Part shown: piece by piece, positions 23,456 to 36,289 of the stretch
Numbering within the stretch: position 1 is the first letter of the stretch
How the letters are laid out: the number at the start of each line of letters is the position of its first letter
Assembly (NCBI GenBank): GCA_038087875.1
Contig: CM075989.1
Coordinates: 13,394,001-13,458,000 of the forward strand
Direction of reading: 5' to 3'
DNA length: 64,000 nucleotides
DNA from: Malacoraja senta
Taxonomy: Eukaryota
Translations under genes and position numbers: made by a program
Notes under the pieces: model-generated
The model's input: only the letters and a program-made list of their open reading frames with translations
Database searches by the model: none
Told to the model about the DNA's origin: nothing

Positions 23456-25540
23456 AGTTAGCAAGACACAGTTAGCATGTCAGGTCATTGACACTTCACG
23501 CCACTCCAAATGCATTGTCACATGGATTACTTTGGTTTCCATCTTATGACAGAAGTTCCTACTCCACACTTTCCTTTCTTAAAAAAAACTTTTTTGCCTC
23601 AATTGTTATCAAGTATTATTAATGCCTAAAAAAATATTCGTACGGTTTGTTTCAATTGCCATTTGCCAAAGATAATTCCCCAGGCAGCATTTGGAGAGAA
23701 AAATATTTTGCCTCATATCTGTTTTAAATGGGCATCGCCTTAATTTGAACAGATATCACATTGCTTTTTTTCTCACAAGAGGAAACACCCATTCCATCTT
23801 CTGAGGGTCTTGACAGGGATCATCTCTCTTTCTTTTAAACTCTAATAGACACATGTCTAATCAGTCTAAGCTTTCCTTACTGTACATCCTGTCAATTCTG
23901 TCTATCTTTTAAGAAATACGAGGATATTTTGTGTAAATGGATGGCAGCTGATTGAAAATAGATGATATAGTTATTTTCTGTAGAATTATATATTAGTAGT
24001 ATATTTTCATCAGGGCAGAATTGCAATGCTACTGTGAGACGTACTACTAATCTCTCCATTTAACTCAGTAAGGATGATGTTCTTATGTTATCACATAATT
24101 CTCGTGTATTTTTTGTTGTCTGTCAAGATCTGGTGACATCAGTAAGCTTCAATAGTGTGAATTTGATAGATGTTATTTCATCAGTGTGTGCTACAAGTGT
24201 GATGCTGGATATACATTTATTTTCCTCTTAGTATTGATTATTGGGGTACTGACATTTCCTCAATTACATAGAGAGATAGGAAGAGATTTGAACAACAACA
24301 TATTCAGAAAATGGCTTTGAAGAAAGAGTTTTCAGAGGAATTCCCTGACGCTTGTTTTGATGTTTGGAGCCTAAGCCTCCAATAGATATTCAAGGTGCCC
24401 AGTTTGAAGCAAGTTGTAAACCTGTGGGGAAGTTACAGAGAGACCCAATAGTTTTAAAACTGAGACAATGTTAGATCAGGAGCAATTGTCGATCAGTAAG
24501 AATCTGACCTACAGTCAGTTAGCATGTTTGAAGTTTTGGAGAAGCTCTAATTTATCGATATCTGAAATATTTGTTAATGATTGTAAAATCTATAATCTCA
24601 TGATTGAGGTATAGAAACATAGAAAAATGGGGACAAGAGTAGGCCATTCGGCCCTTCGAGCCATTCAATATGATCATAGCTGATCAGTACTCCGTTCCTG
24701 CTTTTCCCCCCATGTCCCTTGATTCCTTTAGCCCGAAGAGCTAAATCTAACTCCCTCTTGAAAACATTCAGTGAATTGGCCTCCACTGCCTTCTGTGGCA
24801 GATAATTCCACAGATTCACAACTTTCTGGGTGAAGAAGTTTTCCTCGTCTCAGTCCTAAATGGCCTACCCCTTATTCTTAAACTGTGACCCCTGGTTCTG
24901 GACTCCCCCAACAAGGGGAACATATTTCCTGCATCTAGCCTGTCCAATCCTTGAAGTATTTTATATGTTTCTATATGATCCTTCTAAAATCCAGTGAATA
25001 CAAGCCCAGTCGACCCATTCTTTAATCATATGTCAGTCCCGCCATCCCAGGAATTAACCTGGTGAACCTACGCTGCACTCCCTCAATAGCAATAATGTCC
25101 TTCCTCAAATTAGGAGATCAAAATTGCACACAATACTCCAGGTGCAATGTCACCAGGACCCTGCACAACTGCAGTAGGACCTCCTTGCTCCTAAACTCAA
25201 AGCCTCTTATTATCTGAAAATCCTCAGATAATAATCTGCCTACCTGTTCTTGCCACCAAAGTGGATAACCTCACATTTATCCACATTATACTGCATCTGC
25301 CATGCATCTGCCCACTCACCCAACCCATCCAAGTCACCCTGCAGCCTCTTAACATCCTCATCGCAGCTCACACTGCCACCCAGCTTTGTGTCATCCACAA
25401 AGTTGGAGATGTCACATTTAATTCCCTCGTCTAAACTGGGGTCGCAGCACAGAGCCTTGTAGCACCCCACTAGTCACTGCCTGCCATTCTGAAAAGGACC
25501 CGTTAATTCCTACTCTTTGCAGTTCTCTATCCATGTCAAT

Positions 25541-25930
25541 CATCGGCGGTCACTCAAAACAAGTATGACTGTCCTCTCATGGAGGATGCCTGTGCGTGAC
25601 TTTGTTTAACGTGGGGACATTGGTGCACAGACAGCCACCACATGGTCCTTGACAGGTCTGGATCAGAATCCAGTGGCATGGAAGCAAAGACGACCGACTG
25701 CAGCCTTCATCCGCCTTCCCAGCCGTTGTGACACTCTACTAAAGTCAGCCATCATCCTCCACCTGTTCCACTGTTGAGGTCTTGGTTGGATTGCTCTTTG
25801 TCAGAGACCTCCCCCTCAACCTTACCACCATGGGTGGCCCTACCAGGAGTATAGCTCCAGACGGCATCGCTCTCAGGATCTCAGGACCACACAAGCTTCT
25901 CCACCACGACAAGGTGACAATCCAAAAAGA
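25541..25930 (-). mobile_element. 390-bp non-autonomous RTE-like retroelement
   Basis: Perfect 12-bp TSD ATCCATGTCAAT (25529-25540, 25931-25942). The 5' end CACCTTGTCGTGGTGGAG..GCTTG resembles RTE-clade (BovB/Expander-like) 5' ends as I recall them. No ORF. Confidence 0.7.
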
Positions 25931-26295
25931 ATCCATGTCAATACCCTACCCCCAATATCATGTGTTCTAATTTTGCTCACTAATCTCTTGTGTGGGACCT
26001 CGTCAAAGGCTTTTTGAAAGTCCAGATACACCACATCCACTGGCTCTCCCTTATCCATTCTACTTGATACATCCTCAAAAAATTCCAGAAGATTAATCAA
26101 GCATGATTTCCCATTCATAAATCCATGCTGACTTTGACCGATCCTGTCACTGCTTTCCAAATGCGCTGCTATAACATCTTTGACAATCGTCTCAAGCAAC
26201 TTCCCCGCTACCGATGTACGGCTAACCGGTTTATAATTCCCCATTTTTTTTCTCTCCCTCCTTTCTTAAAAAGTGGGGTTACATTGGCTCTCCTC

Positions 26296-28657
26296 ATTTA
26301 ATAATTTGAGACGATTTTTTAACATAATGTATTCACATAAAGTGGAAAAGGAAGACTTATCAGTTATATCTTTGGATGCAGAGAAAGTATTTGATCTGGT
26401 AGAGTGGCAGTATTTATACTTAGTACTCCAAAAATTTAATATGGGAGATAATTTTATGAGATGTGTGAAATTATTATATGATAAACCAATGGCAAGAATA
26501 TTAACTAATAATATGTTGTCTCCAAAATTCCAATTATCACGAGGCAATAGACAGGGATGTGTTTTATCACCCCTGCTATTTGCCCTTATGATAGAGCCTT
26601 TGGCTGAAAGGATAAGAACACATCCGAATATTCAGGGATATAATACTAATGACTCTAATAACAAAATTTCATTATATGCAGATGATATACTTTTATATAT
26701 TAGAAATTCAGAAATGAGTATCCCGAATTTACTAAACGTAATAGAGGAATTTGGCTCTTTTTCTGGATATAGAATAAATTGGAATAAAAGTGAAATTATG
26801 TCATTACAGCCCCAGAAAGCGAATCATCTATTAAAATTTCCATTTAAAATTGCAACAGAAAAATTTAAATATTTAGGTATTCAAGTTACTAAAAGATATA
26901 AATCATTATTTAATGCTAATTTTAATCCTTTATTAAATAAATTGAACGCTCTGATTAAATTTTGGAAAACGCTCCCACTATCATTAATTGGCAGAATAAA
27001 TGCTATAAAAATGATAGTTCTACCACAAATAATATATTTATTTCAATCCATACCAATATATATACCAAAATATATATTTTTTAAACTAGACTCTAATATT
27101 ACTAATTTTATTTGGGACTACAAAGCACATAGGATTAAAAGAAATCATCTGTGTAAACCTAAAGATGTAGGGGGACTTGCACTGCCTAATTTTTTATATT
27201 ATTATTGGGCAGTGCATATTAAGAATATCATTTATTGGTTGGACTGCCCTTCTCAACAGATGGAATGGATAAGAATGGAGAAAGAGGACTGTTTTCCGTA
27301 CAATTTAGCAACGATCCTCTTTTCCCCGATAAAGTTGAATAATACATTATATAAGAAGAATCCAATTATACATAATATAATTCGAATTTGGAAACAAATA
27401 AAATTAACTTTAAAATTAAGGAACTTATCATCATTAACACCAATAGTGAATAATCCGGTATTTAAACCATCTTTTATGGATAAAACATAGACAATGGGAA
27501 AGATTGGGAATTAAAAAGGTGGGGGACATGTATGAAATGGGAAATTTATTATCATTTCAACAATTAAAATCAAAATTTAATCTGAATAATAACCAATACT
27601 TTAAATATTTACAGATATGTGACTTTATAAAAAAATATATACCAAGACTACAGAGCATAATGATAGACCCACTGGAAGAAGCAATGAATATTAAGGCAGA
27701 CTCACAAAAATTAATATCATATTTATATAATAGTATTCTTAATAGAGAATTGCCATCAACAGAGGCAATTAGAGAAGACTGGGAAAAAGAATTAATGGCA
27801 AAAAATTCTAAAGAAACATGGGAGAGGTATTTGATATATATACATAAATGTTCGATTAACGCTAGACATAATTTAATTCAATTTAAAATATTACATAGAT
27901 TATATTATTCAAAAGTTAGGTTGAATAAATTTTATTCAAATATTTCTACCATCTGTGATAAATGTCTTTCTCAAAATGCCAATATCACACATTCTTTCGT
28001 TTCTTGCACAAAACTTCATGGATTTTGGTGTGATATATTTGATATATTCACTAGTTTATTTAAGATAAAAATTGAACCTAATATGGAAATGATTATCTTC
28101 GGAGTAATAGGAGATGGAAACAAATTAAATATATCCCAAATTTCATTTTTAAATTATGGTTTAATAACAGCAAAAAAAACTCATACTTAAATTTTGGAAA
28201 AATGCTACTATACCAACACTCAAAATGTGGATTGGTAATATGTTGGAAACTGCCCACTTGGAAGAAATGAGACTCCTCCTAATAGATAAACAAGACCAAT
28301 TCTTAACGAGTTGGTCTCCATTTATTGACCTTGTGGATTCATGTGGTGCAATAGTATCGTAAAATTAAAAAATTCTGGGTTTGGGCGAAAAATGATTAAG
28401 AATATAAAAAAGCATCGACTTGTGGCAAGGGAGAATCTCCTTTCTGCTTCACTTTCTTACTTATTTCTTTTCTTTACCTCACACTCACTAGACTTTCCTT
28501 TACTCTTCACTACTTCTTTCTTTCTCATTTCTTTCTAAAAAAAATTTTAAAAAAGGAAGTTGTACAAAGAATGTTTTAATAATTCTGGGAACCTGTAAAA
28601 AGGTACCATCAAAATGTAATGTACTTCTAATAAATAAAATATAAAAAAAAACAAAAA
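26296..28657 (+). mobile_element. L1/Tx1-like LINE, 5'-truncated ORF2 (RT plus CCHC knuckle)
   Basis: [28 protein letters not shown] and CDKCLSQNANITHSFVSC motifs; frameshifts near 27490 and 28175; AATAAA plus A-tail; 15-bp TSD ACATTGGCTCTCCTC (26281-26295, 28658-28672). Confidence 0.92.
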
Positions 28658-28915
28658 ACATTGGCTCTCCTCCAGTCCACGGGAACTGATCCAGAGTTGA
28701 GAGAACATTGGAAAATGATTCCTGTCAATATCATTTTGCAAAGGACACCAAACTCTGATAATTTGTGGAAATAAATTAATGTGCACAAAGTGAAATGTTC
28801 ATGTTCTTGTGTTTCTGCAAGTCCATGTTTTTCCTCAACGGTTATGCCACAATAAATAATTACCTCGGTATGGATTAACAAATTATTCAATGGTGTTTTT
28901 CTACTTTTTGACTAG

Positions 28916-29092
<177 letters not shown>

Positions 29093-29384
29093 TGATATAA
29101 ATGGCCATAGTCTGACAGAATTAAGTCTGAACTGTGGGACAGCAAGGAACTAGTGTGTAAGATAGAGAAATAAACTTGTGGCAGTGGCAGCAAATGCTTA
29201 TGTGCACCGAAGGTGAGTTGTTACTTTGAATTCAATAAAATAGACACATATTCCTTTGGTGACCCATGTGATTCGGTACATTCTGAAATTAGCTATAGTC
29301 TTCAGCCATTGGGAATTGAGTAAATATAAACGGCAGCCTAATTTACACCCCATAAGTGTTGGGTAGAGCTGTTGGGAGCTCATA

Positions 29385-30989
29385 CAGTGGCTTGCAAAAG
29401 TTTTCATACCCCTTGAACGTTTCCACATTTTGTCATGTTACAACCACAAACGTAAATGTATTTTATTGTGATTTTATGTGATAGACCAACACAAAGTGGT
29501 GCATAATTGTGAAGTGGAAGGAAAATGATACATCGTTTTCAAATTTTTTTACAAATAAAAAACTGAAAAGTGTCGCGTGCAAAGGTATTCAGCCCCCCTG
29601 AGTCAATACTTTGTAGAACCACCTTTCGCTGCAATTACAGCTGCAAGTCTTTTGGGGTATGTCTCTACCAGCTTTGCAAATCTAGAGACTGAAATTTGTG
29701 CCCATTCTTCTTTGCAAAATAGCTCAAGCTCAGTCAGATTGGATTGAGAGCGTCTGTGAACAGCAATTTTCAAGTCTTGCCAGAGATTCTCAATTGGATT
29801 TAGGTCTGGACTTTGACTGGGCCATTCTAACACATGAATATGCTTTGATCTAAACCATTCCATTGTAGCTCTGGCTGTATGTTTAGGGTCGTTGTCCTGC
29901 TGGAAGGTGAACCTCCGCCCCAGTCTCAAGTCTTTTGCAGACTAAACAGGTTTTCTTCCAAGATTGCCCTGTATTTGGCTCCATCCATCTTCCCATCAAC
30001 TCTGACCAGCTTCCCAGTCCCTGCTGAAGAAAAGCATCCCCACAGCATGATGCTGCCACCACCATGTTTCACAGTGGGGATGGTGTGTTCAGGGTGATGT
30101 GCAGTGTTAGGTTTCCGCCACACATAGCATTTTGCATTTAGGCCCAAAACTTCAATTTTGGTCTCATCTGACCAGAGCACCTTCCTCCACATGTTTGCTG
30201 TGTCCCCCACATGGCTTGTGGCAAACTGCAAACGGGACTTCTTATGGCTTTTTTTCAACAATGGCTTTCTCCTTGCCACTCTTCCATAAAGGCCCGATTT
30301 GTGGAGTGCACGACTAATGGACAGATTCTCCCACCTGAGCTGTGGATCTCTGCAGCTCCTCCAGAGTTACCATGGGCCTCTTGGCTGCTTCTCTGATCAA
30401 TGCTCTCCTTGCCCGACCTGTCAGTTTAGGTGGATGGCCATGTCTTGGTAGGTTTGCAGTTGTGCCATACTCTTTCCATTTTCGGATGATGGATTGAACA
30501 GTGCTCCGTGAGATGTTCAAAGCTTGGGATTTTTTTAATAACCTAACCTTGCTTTAAACTTCTCCACAACTTTATCCCTGACCTGTCTGGTGTGTTCCTT
30601 GGGCTTTGTGAAGCTGTTTGTTCACTAATGTTCTCTAACAAAGCTCCGAGGCCTTCACAGAACAGCTGTATTTATACTGAGAATAGATTACACACAAGTG
30701 GACTCTATTTTCTAATTAGGTGACTTCTGAAGGCAATTGGTTGCACTGGATTTTATTTAGGGGTATCAGAGTAAAGGGGGCTGAATACTTTTGCACGCCA
30801 CACTTTTCAGTTTTTTATTTGTAAAAAAATGTGAAAACCCATGTATCATTTTCCTTCCACTTCACAATTATGCGCCACTTTGTGTTGGTCTATCACATAA
30901 AATCCCAATAAAATACATTTACGTTTGTGGTTGTAACGTGACAAAATGTGGAAAAGTTCAAGGGGTATGAATACTTTTGCAAGCCACTG
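29385..30989 (-). mobile_element. Full-length Tc1/mariner DNA transposon (DD34E, IR/DR type), transposase frameshifted
   Basis: TA|CAGTGGCTTGCAAAAG...CTTTTGCAAGCCACTG|TA; about 215-bp TIRs with inner and outer direct repeats; WSDET, QQDNDPKH and SPDLNPIENLW with 34 residues between D and E. Confidence 0.95.
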
Positions 30990-30994
30990 TATGT

Positions 30995-31750
30995 CTGAGA
31001 AGGAGAACCTATCAATCTCTGCTTTAAAAATACCCAGAGACTTGGCCTCCACAGCTATCTGTGGCAATGAATTCCACATATTCACCACCCTGTGACTAAA
31101 GAAATTCCTCATCATCATCTTTCTAAAGGTACATCCTTTTATTCTGAGACTGTGCCCTCTGGTCCTAGACTCTCCCACTAGTGGAAACATTCTCCCCACA
31201 TCCACTCCATCTAGGCCTTTCATTATTTGATAAGCTTCAATGTGAACCCTCTCATCCTTCTAAACTCCAGCAAGTATAGGCCCCGAGCTGTCAAACGCTC
31301 ATCCTAAGTTAACCAATCATCCCCGGGATCATTCTCATAAACCTCCTCTGGACCCTATCCAACTCTAACACATCCCTCCTCAGATGTAGGGCGCAAGAAC
31401 TGCTCACAATACTCCAAATGTGATCTGACCATTGCCTTCTAGAGCCTCCCTGCTTTCATATTCTAATTTTCTCAGCAAATTAACAGCAAATTAATCATTT
31501 GGAAATACTGCACCAGCTCTGCCAAGTCCCTTTGCATGTCCGATATCTGAATCCTCTCCCCATTTAGAAAATAGTCTATGCCTTTATTCCTACTATGAAA
31601 GTGCATGACAGCACATTTTGCTTTGTGAATTCCATCTGCCACTTCTTTGCCCACTCTTCCGATCTGTCCACATCCTTCTTACAGACTCCCTGCTTCCTCT
31701 ACACTAATTTCCCTCGCACCAACCTTAGTATCAACTGCAAACTTAGCTAC
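30995..31750 (-). mobile_element. CR1-like LINE 3' fragment
   Basis: KGLDGVDVGRMFPLVGESRTRGHSLRIKG...WNSLP. An opposite-orientation CR1 fragment follows at about 31810-32310. Confidence 0.8.
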
Positions 31751-32485
31751 AAAGCTAAGTTTGCAGTTTATAAAATAAAATCTGAATGATGGAAATACTT
31801 AGTAATTCTGTCAGTATTCGGAGAGAAAAGGACATGGTCGTGCTGAAGAGAGTACAGAGGAAATGCATTAGAAGGCAGTCTGGATCAAAGGAGTTAAGGA
31901 ATTGGATAGGCCGGCCTTGCTTTCCTTGGAGCGAAGGATGCTGAGGAGTAATTTCAATAGAGGTATAAACAGGCAGAGTCATAAGTGGCACATGATAGCT
32001 GGGTAGATAGTTGTAATCTTTACCCCATGGTAAGATATCAAAAACAAGAGGCATAGGTTTAAGGTGAGAGGAATGATTTAAAAGGGAATTTGAAGGGAAA
32101 GTTTTGTTTACACAGAGAGTGGTTGGGTTCTGGCATCAGAAACAATCCATACAGTTAAGAGACATTTAGACAAACACTTAAATACGCAAGGCATAGAATG
32201 ATATAAATTTAATGCAGGCAAACATGATTGGTTAGATGGACAAAGATTTGTCATGGACATTGTGGGCCTAAATGCCCCTTTCAGTGCTGTACAACTTATA
32301 ATTCTATGAATGTTAAAATAAAGGTTTCAGATTAGATAACCAACTACAGAAGGATATTAACGTAAACATTAATTTCTTTCTTCACAATTGCTGCCTGCAA
32401 TTTTTTAATTTCAGATTTTCAATTTTGTCTTATGCTTTTCTATAACTGCCATTCTTATGTTAATTTCTATTTACCAATGTTACAG

Positions 32486-32653
32486 CTTGGAACATCACCC
32501 CTTCATCTAGCAGCTCAATATGGTCATTATTCAACAGCAGAAGTGCTGCTTCGTGCAGGAGTGAGTCGGGATGCAAGAACCAAAGTGGACAGAACACCAC
32601 TGCATATGGCAGCATCAGCAGGCCATGCAAACATTGTGGAGGTTCTAGTGAAG
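32486..32653 (+). CDS. GABPB1: GABPB1 exon (ankyrin repeats)
   Basis: [56 protein letters not shown]; 168 nt. Confidence 0.97.
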
Positions 32654-33342
32654 GTATGGTTGGACAAATTCTATCATTCTATGTCAACCATGGATCATAC
32701 TTGCAGTTGTGGGTTCAATTTTTATTACAGAGCCGACATCAGATACTTTTGGATGACTGTCTCAGTGCAGTACTGAGGGAACGTTATTCAGCATTTCAGA
32801 TGCAATGTTAATCTAAAACTCTCTCAAGGCCTTGATGATAAAGGTTTCATGGGTTATTAAACAAAGAACATGGTGAATGTCCTGGAGATGGTGTAGGTTC
32901 CGAGAATCTATATGTGGTGACCAGGCTGTCAGGCACTATTTGATTTAGGTTGATATATTGGAGCCAAATCACTTATGAGTGAAGTTACAAGCTGGGAGAA
33001 TTTTGGAACTTTACTCTGCAATCATTGATAAAGCCAATTGATTGAGTTATATCTATGATTGGTAGATTTTAGTTCATCAAAGTATAACAGAATATGGGGC
33101 AATAGGGGATAAATATAAATAGTTCATAAAGGTAAATTCGGAATGCATGGGATGAGATCAATAGAGCACTTTCAATGTGTTATCTTCCTGCTTTGGGTAA
33201 TTATAATCAGAGAGACAAAAGATACTTTTCTTTTTCCTACTGATGTATGTAGACAAGAGTCATAGTCATACAACACAGAAACCAGCACTTCGTCCCAACT
33301 TGTCCATGCAGACAAAGATGCCACGCCTACGCTAATCACATT

Positions 33343-35070
33343 CAGGCATGAGATTGATCTGCGGATTCCCGCGAATGCGCATCTCTACGGCTAGCGCTCA
33401 GCTCCGCACATGTAGAGTAGCGATTACATTGTTAAAATATGAGAACTGTTTCATTTGTAAAACAAAAGCATTCAAGAGTCTGTATGTCATAGACACTACA
33501 ATATTCTTTTTTTTTTTTTATGTGTTATTGTAAGGTATGAAAACAAAATCACAGTATAAATTAAGGGTAAACAAGCAAGGAAATGGGGTCATTTCAAAGT
33601 ATAATTATCAAAAAAGTATTCTAAAAATCCTGTGTAAAGCATACTTCTCTCTAATTAGAAGAAACAAGTAAGGAACAATATGTTACAAGTAAGTAGCAAT
33701 GTTACAAAATTTTGAGATTTAAAAAATAAAGTCTGCAATTTATCCCATCAGATAAAGCATAAAAAGAAGTTTAATTTGACACCTAATTCACTTTCATATC
33801 TTCGGTATTAAAAAAGTTATGGCCATTTTCATACTCGGAAATTAGCATCTTGCTCCCTATTGCTTTCCATTGACTTAACACAAAAGCTGTGATCGAGGAC
33901 AGTTAAAAGCCCATAACTTTCTTAAAAATTAAGAGAACTGAAAGAAATTTTCAGTTATTATAGATTGAAGCATTCGGAAACAAATATGAAACAATCTTAC
34001 TTAGAAGACATGAAATTAAAGCATATAATTAGTTAGTTACCTAATTGTAGCTAATTACAAAATTAAATTACTAGATCTAAACATCTATCAATTTCTTAAG
34101 AATAGATTAACATTTTTAAATAGCCTAAGTGTCCAAATAACATTCACACAAGAATTCACAATATAACATAATTTTTAAATCTCATTGTCATGAATTTATA
34201 GGCCAAATGGAAGGAATTGAATGTTTAATACCTGTAAATTAATGGGCATTTAAATCATCTTGTGAGTGAGGATTTCTGGAACGCGATCAATTGGAACGTT
34301 GATTTGCGGTGAATTTAACCCCGTATTGGCATGAAACATTCTGCCGTTAGTTCAGGGAATAAAATCACCGTTTCGCATGAAAAAATGTGAATTAAAGGCT
34401 TCTTAAGAAGCACTTTTATACATTTAAATAACCACTTTCGTTTACCTGTCCCGTGTGTGAAATCCGTCCCCGCTATCGGCGTTAACGGCTTCAGGAGCTG
34501 ATTTTAAAACAACTCCAGCGCTGACATTGTCGATTTAATAAAAATAAAAAATTCACAAAACGCCCCTAGGAACGATTTTTCAGCAAACGCTTGTACTCCA
34601 ACGAAATATAATTCAGGACAAGGTAGGAGAAACCCGCGTTTTAAGCCCTCCCTCCCCCCCCCTTAAAGGCGCCAAAATCGCGCACACGGCCAGTGACAGA
34701 ATTGCAGCGTGACTGAAGGTAAGTTTTGTAACATACCTAAAGTAAGTGTAGGTGTATGTGTAATATAAAATATTTTCAATATGACTTAAGTGCAAACAAG
34801 CAAGGAGTTGGTGTCATTTTAAGGTATGATTATCACACATTTTCTGTGTAAATTAAGAAGTGACAAGCAAGGAAAATGTGTTATTTTAAGGTACAATTAA
34901 AAAAAACAGTCTAAATTAAGGGTAAACAGGCAAGAAAACAGTATCATTTCAAGGTACAATTATCAAAAATGTTCTGCATAAAGGGGGCGGCCTTGGAACC
35001 CTACCAGAGGACAATGCCCCCTAGACCCCCATCTCTCTTCCTCTTTTTTCATTTTTTTCCCTCGTGCCTG
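33343..35070. mobile_element. Non-autonomous DNA transposon (CAGG termini, hAT-like) inserted in a CR1/SINE tail
   Basis: TIR CAGGCAYGAG; flanking CACATT duplication (33337-33342, 35071-35076); internal roughly 60-bp imperfect repeats. Confidence 0.6.
33694..34739. mobile_element. Nested MITE with TAG termini (hAT/hATm-like)
   Basis: TAGCAATGTTACAAAA ... TTTTGTAACATACCTA, flanked by an AAGTAAG(T) duplication. Confidence 0.65.
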
Positions 35071-35427
35071 CACATTTGGCCCATATCCCTCTATACCTCA
35101 TTCTGATCCATAAAACTATTGCAAATTAAAAGAGGAATGTTAAAGTCTAAAGTTGATTTAAATCAAAAAATATCAGCACTCTATTTCAGACATAGTAATG
35201 TTCTTGTGCTCAGAGGATTTGTATGAACATCAGAATAATTTTCTTTTAAAATGCATTTCCTTACTTTCCCTCTGTTCATATTTTTATTACAATATTTGCA
35301 AATGTTTGCAAAATAGCCTTCGATATTCCCGTGGATAATGTTGAGGAAGACATTCATTGTAATGCTTCGGGTAATTAATTTAATAAAAGTGATGATGTCA
35401 CCTACACATTCTCTTTACTTTTGACAG

Positions 35428-35622
35428 AATGGAGCTGACATAAATGCAAAGGATATGCTTAAGATGACAGCACTTCACTGGGCTGTGGAGCACGGTCACC
35501 AAGACGTGGTTGAACTCTTGATAAAATATGGAGCTGATGTTCACACACCAAGTAAATTCTGCAAAACAGCTTTTGATGTTGCAGCGGATAATGGTGATGA
35601 AGAATTAATGTTAATGCTTCAG
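35428..35622 (+). CDS. GABPB1: GABPB1 exon (ankyrin repeats)
   Basis: [65 protein letters not shown]; 195 nt. Confidence 0.97.
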
Positions 35623-36289
35623 GTAATTAATTTAATACAATTGAGGCTCCAGATTACAATTAAGATGGATTATAGACACATTACATTATACTGGGGAACT
35701 GTAGCAAATTAATGGTTGCTTGCAGAGATATAAAATTGCAAAAGTAATTGAAAGGAACCTGCCAGAAGTTTTTGGCTTTGGTAGTGAATGAACAATTCTA
35801 TTTGCCAATTGCCCTTCAGAAAGTGGATTATTCTCTCATGCATTCTGACATGCTGTACCATCTTATGTTGAAATACTTTTCACAGGGAATTTTACATGAA
35901 GTAATCATGGGCAACAATATCCATCTATGGTTATGGAAGCCAAAAGTATGCATAGAATTTCCCCAATTGCTGTGCTATTCTCTAACCCTTTTAAAGAAGT
36001 GGTTGTAGAAATACTGGAGCCTTTGGTTGAAGTTTTTCAAAACGCGTTGAGTTCTCGTGAGATAATAGCAGACAAGAAAACTACAAATTTGATTCCTTTG
36101 CCTACGAAGGGAGGAATATAAAAATAGAGAACTATTAGTCTTTTCACCTAATATCTATTGGCAAGATGCTGGAGTCTATAATCAAGAAAGAAATGACTCG
36201 TCGCCTTGAGAAGCATAATGTAATCAAACTAAGGCAACATAGTTTTATGAAAGGTAAATCATGTTTACAAACCACAGAGGTGAACTCAT

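Larger units (their letters stand above)
24608..28720 (-). mobile_element. CR1-like LINE (RT region) interrupted by two younger insertions
   Basis: GNYKPVS...QHGFMNGKSCLINLLEFFE...VYLDFQKAFD and FVDDTKLGG motifs. The sequence resumes at 28673 after the L1 TSD. Confidence 0.85.

Noticed and set aside
25541..25640. Pistol-ribozyme-like CCACGTTAAA motif
   Set aside because: The loop is too long and P2/P3 and cleavage-site nucleotides are not convincingly present; kept only as a generic structured 3' module.
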